A DNA stretch of 61,921 nucleotides, the filler included, from Sphacelaria rigidula (lineage: Eukaryota), in assembly GCA_964200075.2 (NCBI GenBank). It is 6 parts of 6 records of this genome, joined end to end, with 100 filler letters (N's around TTAATTAATTAA, not from the genome) between each part and the next. Parts side by side here need not be neighbours in the genome. Positions count along the whole stretch, not along the records: positions 1 to 10,238 come from CAXNAA020006875.1; positions 10,339 to 20,576 come from CAXNAA020006876.1; 4 more parts are not named here. One strand, given 5' to 3'. Shown here in pieces: positions 1 through 10,648 of the stretch. The number at the start of each line of letters is the position of its first letter. Within the stretch, counting starts at the first letter, position 1. A program made the position numbers and the translations under genes. Below the pieces are notes generated by a model. It saw nothing but the letters and a program-made list of their open reading frames with translations. It was not told the origin of the DNA and did no database searches.

Positions 1-1419
1 GACGTGAACATGGAAATTCAGGCAACAGTTGATCGAGTTTTGCGACGAAAAATTGTGGAGCCCATCCTTGGGTTATGCGGAGGCAGATAGTCCGCGAAAA
101 AACGGAAAAATATATCGTAGTGTCGTTTTTCTGGGGTCTCAGAATGGAGACTACTTCGAAAAACGACTTCGATCCCGTCGGATCCGCGAAAAACGGCAAA
201 AAAATCAAGAAGTACAAAAAACATCGTCCGTAAAAAGTTGCACAATGATACATAGCATATTTCATGCGAAGTTTCAGGATCTAACTCCTAATGACAGCGT
301 CAAAATTTGCGCGTTTGTGGAGGACGTGGGCTTGAAACGTGCAATCCCTAACTACTTGGTTTTAGTATGAAAAAGTATGTTGGGGTGAAATTGACGTCAA
401 GGCAAGAAAAACTGTATGAGGTTTTCGAGTTTTTCCACCAGGCGTTGTACATGTGTTCCTTGGACTCTCCCGGGACGCAGCATTTCATTATTTTTCTTCT
501 AGAGCATTCTGTACCGCCTTCCGGGGGTCTTCATGCTGGGATCCGCGGAAGCCGGTAGAAAACGGAGCAAACATGCTATATTGTCAAGAATACAATTTTT
601 CCATTTTGAGCATCAATACCTACGGAACTGCCGAGTTTGAGGGCGATCTGAGCTTTTCTACAACAGATGTAGGGGACACCGTCACGAGGCTCCCTGGGTC
701 TTCCGTGCGTATCATAAGAGGAAATTAGACGACGCCAACACCCGACACCACCGAAACATCACGGTTTCGGGTATAATTCGACTCCCGTAGTAAACGCTTA
801 AAATATATGATTTTCCCCTTATATTCCCGTGTCGATGGTGGTTACTACGATTTGAAGCATGTAGAGATTGGGTGAAAATTGGGCTTGGGATTCGTAATTT
901 ACATCTCGGAACAGTTTGAAGGGCGCTGATTGGCCTAGACACATTTTCNNNNNNNNNNTACGGCCTTAAACAAAAATCCGGCAATGTCACCCTCTTCGTC
1001 TCTTCATTGCGGTCAGTATTATACCATATATACGACAATTGGGTGCGTATTGCGGAAGGCATTTGCTGATGACAGAATTTGGGGTGATCACCGTGAACCA
1101 GCCTGTACCCTTTTTTGTGTATTGCCCAAAAATCAAGCCGCTTCGTTCTCGTAGAATTCTGAACGCAGATCCGAAACGTCCAGGAATTTCGGACATGTTG
1201 GAAATAACAAGGTCGACAGTAATAGAGAGTTTCGGAAAACATTTCTTCAAATCTTAGAGTCAGGGTGGAAGAGAAAATAGCCGGCAACGGTGCACTTTCC
1301 GCTATGAAGTTTTTCTGAGAGCGATTTTTCAGAATGAGAGTCCCGTTTGCACCTCTTCACTCTGAAAACCATCGTTCCTCCTCAGAGTTCATAGCGGAAT
1401 GAAAAAGAACCACAACCAC

Positions 1420-1760
1420 CTTCACCACCATGGTCACGTCCAGCCCAAAGCCAATACACCGTAACAAGTAAAGTGGGACATTCATCTTCCATCAAAACTG
1501 CCATACTCATCACAATCGGGCATTCACGAAGTAGAAGAGCTTGGTATCGCAATCAGAAGACCTGCCTGACGCCGCCATGGTATCAACGATCCACTTGGTT
1601 GAGTTGCGTCAAAATTCAAATGCTCCACAGGTACGCGTTGCGTTGAGTGCAGTTCCTCATTGTTGCCAGCTTCAGCTGGAAGAAGACGGTGGGAACGATT
1701 CGCAGTCTACAGCGCACCGGCAGTACTACACCTGGCTGTATTTCCATCCCGTGAGAGATC
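1420..1760 (-). pseudogene. Possible degenerate Ty1/Copia gag-protease relic
   Basis: Minus strand reads TKWIVDT (Copia protease WIxDSGA-like), followed by a frameshifted GSFDGR...CYGVL segment. No intact ORF. Confidence 0.3.
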
Positions 1761-2399
1761 ATACCGTCTTGCACCACCGTTTTGGGTGGTATGTGGAAAA
1801 ACCATCGCAATGCAGCCGAGGTCTGCTGTTTGAAAGTGCTGCGTACCGCACTGTCTGTACTACTACTGTTTATTCAACTGACTCTCTGTACCGTATCGCT
1901 GTACAGTATACTAGTTTACAGCATCGTAATGCACTGTTGTAGGGTTCTGCATTGCACTGTACTCCACACTACACAGAACTATAGCACAACAGCACTAAAG
2001 CACTACAATGTCCTATAGTGCGCCGTAGTGGATTGAAGTACTGCAGGTGCAGTGAAAAAGCGTAGTGTATGGTGCGTACGGTGCCGCAGTGTACGGTACA
2101 GTCAGTGTTATGCCGGCCTATGCACTTTCGAAGTGGACGCTGGTCGATCGTACGTTTGGCGGGGCAACCTGTGGCTAATCACAGCGACAAAAAAAATCAC
2201 GTCAAGCCCCGTCACATCAGCTTCCGATATGAACCTTTTAACGTTCACTATGAAGTTTCGAAGCTATCACTCTGCACTCTGGCTCTACGATAAAAAAAAA
2301 CATCTTCCGAAACTCTCTAATGATGAACGTGACTGTATACCACACCCTGGACAATAGACGGCATCTATTGTGTTAGCAATACAATTTGCTGCAGTAGAT

Positions 2400-2760
2400 G
2401 CCAATATTGGTGTCCGTAATAGCCATCGATCGGCAAGTTTCTCTATCTATTTTCGTCGGCAATGTCTATTGATAGACCAGACTGCCATACTCTTGTCTGG
2501 CCAGCAGTCTGCTGTGGCCCTACACCGAAATCTATTGCGGCCGACCAAATGCATCGATCGATAGCTTTACAAATCTATTGATGACGGCAATGGCTATTGA
2601 TAGACCGCGAGCCAAATCTATTGATTACGACGATGGCTATTGACATATTGTATAGCATACCTATTGATGGCGGCAGTGAATATCGATAGATACATTCTAG
2701 AATCTACTGCGGTATACAATGCCTACCGATAGATATTCTATGTCGTCTATTGGCACACCT
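2400..2760. repeat. Degenerate minisatellite-like array (CTATTGATGACGGCAATGGCTATCGATAGA-type unit, ~40-45 nt)
   Basis: Recurrent ctattgat/gacggcaatg/gctatcgatag motifs. A second array of the same unit lies at ~3430-3930. Confidence 0.65.
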
Positions 2761-3429
2761 ACATCGCAACATACTACGTATAGAGGATATTATACTCCAT
2801 CAAGGTACGGTAGAGAAGCCGCAGGTGGACATGCAGTGGGTATATAATGATATTACTTGTGAATATATGACATCACGTTTCTACAATTTTGGAACGCTCA
2901 TATTTTGTAGGAATCCGCAATATGTGTGGAAAAGAGTTTACAACTTCTGTTGTTGGTGTGGTGTTGGTACTTATGGTTGTCCCTCTGATGGACATCAGCG
3001 CTTCCGGTACTTCTGTGTGTGGGTGAGATTTGCTTATACCCTGGACAACAGACTATGTAATAAAACATTGCCGCTGTAATAGCCTCGAAAATTTGACTGT
3101 CAGGGATATCAAGGGCCTCAGTGGCAAGCTACTATGGAAAGCATATTGGGCCTCGGGGAGGGGCATTTCGGAACTGAAACGATTAATTCACGAATTGACC
3201 GTGTTTCACTCTCAATCGTATCCTCTACTCTCAGTATCACAAAAACACTGTTTATTATCTATTGCTGACCACAAAAATAGCTGAACGGCATCGATTACTA
3301 GCGCTGTGTATGCACATTTTTCGATGTTTGTTTCCACCTTTTTCCACAGAAGCTATGACCAGCTATCGCCTCAGGTCGTTGCGTGTTCATGTGTAAGGGG
3401 TATTACCGTTGAAGTCATAAGACCATTGC

Positions 3430-3930
3430 AGTGAGCGATCTATTTTTCAAAGCCTATCGTTGGCGTCACTGGCTATCGATAGGTGCTCCCGAGAACAATC
3501 GATTGCTGACGGCAATGCCCATATTGATAGATACAAAAAAATGCACTGTTGGTGGCACAGGCTACCGATAAACGGCTAATCAATCTATTGATAACGGTAA
3601 TAGGTATGGATAGATGGCTCACCTTATCTACTGATGACGGCAATGACTATCGATGGATGGCTCGCCAAACCCATTGATAACAGCAATGACTATCGATGGA
3701 TGGCTCACCAAACCTATACGGCGATGCATGGCTATCGATCTATACATTCCAAAATTTATTGCGGTACACGATGTCCATCGATGGCGAGTCATCTTCATCT
3801 ATTGTAATTGCCATAGGCTATCGATCGACTATTAGTATTGCAATATCTATCATCCCTTGCAATGCATATCGATAGATGTGTTTCACCCTCTATCGTCTTC
3901 GATGATATATACGAAGTATCGATAGATTTT
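3430..3930. repeat. Second array of the ATCGAT-rich minisatellite-like unit
   Basis: Repeated gacggcaatgactatcgatggatggctc motifs, same family as 2400-2760. Confidence 0.65.
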
Positions 3931-4107
3931 CGCCTATGTCTGTTGCTGAGGCAATGGACTATTATTGCGTCCATTGTCCGGAGTGTGCTGTATACGCACG
4001 GAGAACACTGAGGAGCGAGGGCGTCCGGCAAGCCACATCCAAGAAGCATTACCGACAACCTGGTACACCATTGTAATGAAGGGGGTGATCAACTCTCGAG
4101 CATCCAG

Positions 4108-5127
4108 TCAGCGCTCGTGTTTCGTCGCATACACATATCGCCTAGAGGGGCGCTTGTTCACCGAGTCTACAGTAGACACTACATTCGCTACATCTTGACT
4201 TGTTCTGCTGGTTGCGCTGTGAATCGAAATTGAAATTTCATAGTCTTCACTCACCACTGAATTTGACAAGTCAACCCCGACATCCGCCTTCAGTCCGCCG
4301 CTGCTGCCATTGCCCATTTCCCCCGCCGCCTTACCCGCCAGTTCCTGCTTCATCTTCTCAGCTAACGCCGCAAAATCAGGCAAAGCTGTCGGCACGGAGG
4401 TCATATCTCTTTTCACAACAGTCACATCAGAAGAAACACGATCACTCCATGATGAAGACTTGACGCGTATCCTGGACGCGTACCTCGAAAACCACTGGGC
4501 CAACGTGATACGCCCGGGTGGTATTTCCGGCGGGGGCTGCGCCTTGCGCCGCGGCGCCAACACAGGCCGCCAAGCGGGAAGCACTACTTCTTGCGAGGAT
4601 AAAATTGAAGAATCGACTGTTAAGGTGGAGCCTGTTATTGCTGAATCGTCGGCGTGCGCTTCCCGAAGTGCGACGGTGCCCAAAAGCGGAGAGGCGGTTG
4701 AGATTGCAGCAAGGACTGAGAGCGCCATGATAGATGTCAAAAGGGTGCGGAAGAATGCCTGGGCAGGCACGCCGGCGGTGCTGACCTTTGCACCCTTGAC
4801 TTCATTTCCAGCCGTTTCTGTCTCTGCATTGTCATTGCTGTCTCGTGAAGGTAGCATGTTAATGGTGGTGGTGACTGCCCCGCGTCCTTGTGCGCTCGGG
4901 TGCCGTTGCTGTTGTTGTCGTGTTTGCCCTTGCTGTTGGATTGCACTTGGACTTCTACGGCAAATGTTCTTGTAGCTGTGCGCATGATGCAGGTCGGTAC
5001 GTGCAGAACGATGCGACAATCTATCTAGAGAAGATCGGAAGGTGGATATGGCGAAAGCTTCCACGTCGGAAAATAGAAGGCCCCGAAGGGCCAGGCAACT
5101 TGTGCAAATAACGTGTAATTTTCGCAT
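4108..5127 (-). CDS. First (or only) exon of an uncharacterised plastid-targeted protein, possibly thylakoid lumen
   Basis: Long ORF from ATG 5127 (MRKLHVICTSCLALRGLLFSDVEA-FAIS): signal peptide ending in an A-F motif, an S/R/Q-rich transit peptide, then a second hydrophobic segment ending in AxA (LLTSIMALSVLAAISTASPLLGTVALREAHA-DD). The 3' splice or stop is unresolved. Confidence 0.65.
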   Translation of the reverse strand: MRKLHVICTSCLALRGLLFSDVEAFAISTFRSSLDRLSHRSARTDLHHAHSYKNICRRSPSAIQQQGQTRQQQQRHPSAQGRGAVTTTINMLPSRDSNDNAETETAGNEVKGAKVSTAGVPAQAFFRTLLTSIMALSVLAAISTASPLLGTVALREAHADDSAITGSTLTVDSSILSSQEVVLPAWRPVLAPRRKAQPPPEIPPGRITLAQWFSRYASRIRVKSSSWSDRVSSDVTVVKRDMTSVPTALPDFAALAEKMKQELAGKAAGEMGNGSSGGLKADVGVDLSNSVVSEDYEISISIHSATSRTSQDVANVVSTVDSVNKRPSRRYVYATKHER

Positions 5128-5470
5128 GCTGATTGATAGATCAACTGCCGAGATGGCAAGCTGAGAGAACGGCGAATGCGTAGAGGTGAAAATCATGACC
5201 ACGGGAAGTCGTACAACACAAAATAATAACACCGGCGCTTCTAGATAGATAACGAGTTCAACACAAACATGCGTCTAGTACTTGCTGAGTTCACGCCGAT
5301 GTAAAATCAATTGAGCGCTATTTACACTGATCCCATGTCCAATCCGTGTCCGAGCGGTGTGTGAAAGGAAAAAGTAGTTTGCGGTTTGACAGTTCACTTT
5401 CATCTTTGAGGTCACGGGTCTGAACACAATACAGGCAAATGTGTTTTTCAAAAACATCATCCTGGTTCCG
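5128..5470. promoter_or_regulatory. Putative bidirectional promoter/5'UTR region between divergent genes
   Basis: Only ~340-415 nt separate ATG 5127 (-) from ATG 5471/5543 (+). No specific elements were identified. Confidence 0.45.
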
Positions 5471-5542
5471 ATGGCTTCAACCCTCGCCGACGAACAACCA
5501 AAGCTCAACTGCCGCTCACTGCCGCTGGTGCCGTGCTCTACA

Positions 5543-8500
5543 ATGCGCTTTGGGTGCTCTCGATCCCGCCAAAAGGCAACCCTTGCCCTAATTATCGGAA
5601 GGCGATTTGCGAGCGCGTTCGTTGCCATTCCCAGTCGGGGTGGGCTCCAGACTAGCACGGTTCCGTCTGGGCCTACGAACTACGGGTTGTGCCCGGCGCC
5701 GACTGCTGCTGCCGCTTGGACGAGATCACGAGCATCGACATGGAGGTGTGCTCGTATGCTGTTGTTGCTTGTTGGAGGGTTTTTTACTGTATGGAGTGAT
5801 AGGTAATAGTGCTGGTGATCGACACGGTGTACACAGCAGACCGTCATACGTGTTTCATGTTTCTGCACCGACAGTCGTCATGTAGTGTAGTATTACATGA
5901 CAGTACATTCGGCTTAGCCGGTGGCCAGAGTCGACTGCCTCGCCGCCGAGAGGTACCAGTGGCCCTGCCGCGCGGCCGACGCCGGCGGCGCCCCCCCGTG
6001 TTGAACCATGAATGCCGACTTTTCACCAGTTCATGTTGATCCATGCCATTTTTTGCACCATATTTGTACACAGATTTGGACTCGTTGGGTTTAGATCCAG
6101 ACTAGGAGCACGAACCGTGTGTACTGTACTGTTGAACGCAAACGGAGAGCCAGCGCGGAATGATTCTGCCTTGAAGAAAAGGGACAGCGCCGTAAACAAA
6201 ACGGGGTTAATCGATCGACTTTAACCCAAAGGGGAGTACACCCAACGAAAGGGCTCAACATATGGACTCAAAAGACTGAACGCTGGGATTGTTCGTCTTG
6301 CGTGCTCGCTGAACCGTCTCTGGTTCATGTTCAACCGTTCTTGAATGAAAAACCCAGTATTATACAAAATGATAAATGATCATCCACGAAGTAGGCTTCC
6401 GCTTGAGGTGTTGTTGTACCTCCCGTTGGCGACATGTGGGGTACACCCATGTTTCCTCCTGTTCCTGAGGAAACGCCCCTTTTGCCTTATCTGCTACCCA
6501 CTCTTGTCCGTTGCCCTTTACATTTTATATCATTACCTGTTTCCGGACAACTCGGGCACGCATCCTGTTAATAGCGGTGACTATTTTGTATATTGTTTTC
6601 GTTGTGACACGCGAGTGACGACAGACCAACACGTGGCGAAGATGGCCCGCTTATGACAGTCGAGATCCAACTGGGAGACTTATCTGACTGAACTTTACTG
6701 CGTACTGCGGTGGTGATGCAGCGCACTTTGCTGCACTGTCTGTACGTGCAACACAGCAGCTGCCTTGCGGCAAATGTTCGTCTGCGCTGTACATACAAGC
6801 CCTCTTTCTGCGATGATCGGAGGAGGCAGATACGTGCTGTCCTTGATGTTTGCTGCCGCTCCTGGCCGTCGTAAGTGCGGATGCGAACAAGGGGAAAGAA
6901 AACTACCGTGATGGCAGAGTGAGATGCAAAGAGGTATGCCCTCATATATGACGGGTGGAGGCCGGTAACAACCATCTCAGTCTTTTCGATGCCAATATTT
7001 GTGTACCGCCTTTCGGCCATTTTGGGGGGGACAGGGTGGACTCGTTTTTGCGTAATATCCCACAAGAACTCATGCATATTCTTGTCTTTCGTGTGGCATT
7101 CCAAGTGAAAATGCCTGCTTCGAATCCATTTTATGCACATTTGAGCGGCAATTTTGACGCATAATTTCTCGCTACACGTGCCATGCAGTACGCCAACTCG
7201 ACCAATACGTTTCTGCGCGCAAGGCGAAGTGAACCCTCGGGAGTAGCTTTCTTAGCACCTGGGAAAAGCTTTTTGAGAATTTTCATTTTGCACTACTTTC
7301 CTTTTTTACACTTCTCTAGAAGAGTATCAACAGCGTTTTCGTGATATTGAGAGTAGAACGCTGATTGAGGGTGGCTTTGATAATTCGCTTTTACTCGCCC
7401 AATTTTTCATTCGCTGTGTGCTTTTCTTTGCCTCCATCGCTGGCGTGTGCTGACAGCTACACGTCGATATCCTACTAACGGATATCGAGGCCCTCATTGG
7501 CAAGCTACTACAGAAAGCATATTGGGCCTCGTCGAGTGGCATTTCGGAACTGAAATGATTCATTCACCAATTGACCGCTTTTCACTCTCAATCGCATCCT
7601 CTACGCTCAATCTCACGAAAACATTGTTTATCGTGTCCTCGATTCCAAACTGATCAACAGGAACAAAACCCAAGCTCCAGCGTTCACAACAGGCTTGAGT
7701 TAAGAACAAAGCACGAAGTAGTTCTTCAATACACGAAGTAGCCGCCGAGAAAACTGTGCATAAAAATAAGAGCTTCGTTCGACACACACGAAATGTAATG
7801 GGGTCCAGTGTTGATGTGCAGTTAATTGTTCTCAAAACAAATGGAGGAGAAAGACGGTCAGTTAGTGTTGTGAAAATGTTATCTTCTTCGTGCTTAGTGT
7901 TGCCGCTTGGTTTGCGCCACAAATAGAGAGCACGGCGCTTCTACAGTGAAGGTGAAACGACCAACCCAATGTCGCCCGTAAGCGTGGCTTCATGAGCGTG
8001 GTGCATGCCACGCCTGGACAGTTGGACAGATTTCGTGATTTTTTATTTTGGTGAGATCATTGGTGTGGCAAACGCAGTATTTCATCGGCGACAAGGCGGT
8101 GGCCCAAAAACGACGCAGTTGCATCTCACCATGTAGTCGAACACAAGCAGAAACTGCGGTTGAGAGAGGAGAGAGTTGGCACACACTTTTCCGATGAGCC
8201 GCACTGCCACACGGCAAGGAATATGTCTCTGTTCTGACGCCGTCACGACATGTGGGTGGTCGTCGGAACTTGAACGCTCAACTTTTCGTGTTTCATATAT
8301 TTGCAAGCACTCGCTCAAATCTCAGCTCCCATTCAAATGTATCGTTCGTTCTGGTGCTGCGCTTTACCGAAGCCTCGTCAACTTCACAAATCTCTGGCCT
8401 CAACACATCCCACTCTCTCGTCGTCCCGCATCAGCTCAGTGGACAGGCGATCGCTCCACGCCCTGCCGGCAGGACAAGCCCACTTTGCACAGGTGGTGGG

Positions 8501-9874
8501 GCCTTCCACGACGACAGGAAGAAGGCGGCGGGCTTCACGCGTCGGGCATCTGCCTGTCAGTTCCCTCATGATGTTCTCCGCGACGTCACCGATCGAGGGG
8601 GACAACATATGTCGAGCGGCTCATATATTATGCGCAGGTGAGTCAGTGCTATACTTTCCCGTACACATCATCCACAAGACTGGTTTCGCGGTGTATTCAT
8701 GAGTACCTGCTGCTCCCGAAGGGAACAGGTCAGTTCAATTTCGGCGGAATGTACCCCCCAAGAGACCTACCTCACGATGGTGAGGTTTTGGTGTATTCAT
8801 GTACGAGCTTGGCCGGCCTACAACCTGAAAAACCTCCCGCTGAACATACCTGAAAAACCACGGCGACATAACGCCGGGTAAACACATCCCTGTGATCGGG
8901 AGATTGCCATACGTGTGCTCCGACAGTTCTTGTTGTACTCAAGGGGGTTCATTCAAACGTTCATGCAAATATTTCGAAGAGAAAATACAATGCATCTGGC
9001 GGAAATCGAACCCACGTTCTGTCCACCTTAATTGTGACAATCTGACCGTTAGACCACCGGGGCGCGGCGGCTGGTTTGATCACGCGAAGATGATGATGCA
9101 CGCCGCATTTTTTCGAATTTGGGGGTAAACTTTTGACACCAGAGAAACGACACTTTGGCCTACTCATTCAGCGCGATCTTCCATTTTTTTTGTAGACGTC
9201 AAGAAAGCTGAAGACAGCGAAAAAATCGCATCGCCCGGAGTTGTGGTGAGATAAATAACAAAGGAAGATCACGGTGACAAAGTAGGTCTATAAGTTGTTC
9301 CGCTGGTGTCGAAATTTCACCCCGAAATCCGAAAAGTTGCACCGTGCATGGCCTGTAACCTGAGGCGAAGAAGCCTCGGCCGGCCCAGCTCGTAGCTCGG
9401 ATTTCTTTTCACCCACTGCCTCTTGTGTTTTTTCTGTGGGTATTTTGAAATGGTAATACAAAGCCTATCGTACTTCCCCTGTAGGAATTACGCCACCTAA
9501 TGCTTCTGATGACTCTATGCAAGCCTCGAGGTATTGGATAATATTTTGTTGAGTATCACGTTTTGCACAGGGACGCACATGGAGTTCATTTCGCCGCAAA
9601 ACACCGCAAGGCTCTCATCGTACGAAAAATTCACTGTCACCGACTAAATCGCCCGGTAGGCGAAGAAAACGCGGACGCAGCGCTGGCTCGTATAAAAGGC
9701 GGCGAGAACTTTGGAGACGTTGCGAGTGACATGAGTTCGTGTCCTTCTAAGGAGAAGGGTGGGGATCTTGGGTGGTTCAAGAAGGGCCAGATGGTTGCCG
9801 AGTTTGAAGCCGCATGCTTCGGGAACGAACCCGGCACTATCGTGAAAGTTCAGTCGCAATTTGGTTGGCACGTG
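5543..9874 (+). CDS. Plastid-targeted PpiC/parvulin-type peptidyl-prolyl cis-trans isomerase (3' end not found on this scaffold)
   Basis: Exons 5543 (or 5471)-5745, 8435-8637 and 9660-9874 join in phase (2, then 1) at GT/AG sites. N-terminus has ASAFVA. The spliced domain reads CRAAHILCAGEENADAALARIKGGENFGDVASDMSSCPSKEKGGDLGWFKKGQMVAEFEAACFGNEPGTIVKVQSQFGWHV, the classic parvulin signature. Confidence 0.9.
7328..7630. mobile_element. MITE-like interspersed repeat with terminal inverted repeats
   Basis: aacagcgttttcgtgatattgagagtaga at 7329 is inverted against ctctacgctcaatctcacgaaaacattgtt at ~7600-7629. Related copies at ~3105-3257 and ~41380-41605. Confidence 0.6.
8991..9066 (-). mobile_element. 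tRNA-derived SINE-like head
   Basis: Minus strand has an A-box-like TGGTCTAACGG and a B-box-like GGTTCGATTTCC. A homologous copy lies at ~10342-10412. No canonical anticodon arm. Confidence 0.55.
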
Positions 9875-10238
9875 GTGAGGCACCTTTTCTGCGTAGCTTT
9901 CGTACGAGGCGTACATCATGCTGCAGTTGGGTGGAGGGCGTTGGACAGCCGATGAGCTTAGCAGGCCACTTTCCGGAATGTGTAAATGAGCTACTGTAGG
10001 TTTCGAAGCAACAGAATGCTCGCCTCACCAAGTTGTGTACGGTTTCGATCTGTTGCGAGTGAGCACGCCTTTAAGCGTTGTCGTTGTGATCGTGGTTGGT
10101 CTTGTTGCGGTGACCGTCGTGTACTTTTCCTGACACAATGGCTTATCTACACTCCTTCCTATTCGCCATCCGAGTCATCCTACGATAGGGGGGGGGGTAT
10201 TTTGGGCCATTTGTTGCTCGAAATTTCGAGTTAGATCG

Positions 10239-10338
10239 NNNNNNNNNNNNNNNNNNNNNNNNNNNNNNNNNNNNNNNNNNNNTTAATTAATTAANNNNNN
10301 NNNNNNNNNNNNNNNNNNNNNNNNNNNNNNNNNNNNNN
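10239..10338. other. Artificial scaffold-joining spacer (N44-TTAATTAATTAA-N44)
   Basis: Identical 100-nt spacer with a six-frame-stop core also at 20577-20676, 30915-31014, 41251-41350 and 51587-51686. Piece lengths are 10238, 10238, 10238, 10236, 10236 and 10235 nt. Confidence 0.97.
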
Positions 10339-10648
10339 CAACGCATCGGGAATCGAACCCCGTTCTCTCCACCCTAATGGCGAAATTTGGACCATTACAC
10401 CACCGGGGCGCGGCGGCTCCCCTCTGGATGCCGAAAAGTTGACCGGAACAGTATTTTGGGGGTTAGCCGAATGGCCGCGTGTGTAGCCCTAACCCTAACC
10501 GTAGGGGTATTTGAATGGACTCCGATGCGGTCCAAAACACACGGCATCGAATCATTGAAGGCATGCTACGCCAAAATTTGGTAAAGTCTGTAATCTTTCT
10601 TCCCCCCTGCTGCTGTGCGTGTGTCGAACGCGAACCCATTTCTCCTAG

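Noticed and set aside
4310-4975. 221-aa plus-strand ORF
   Set aside because: Antisense shadow of the minus-strand exon, which has the credible targeting signals.
10283-10294. TTAATTAATTAA as a biological site
   Set aside because: It is embedded in Ns and repeated identically at all five joins, so it is an assembly linker.
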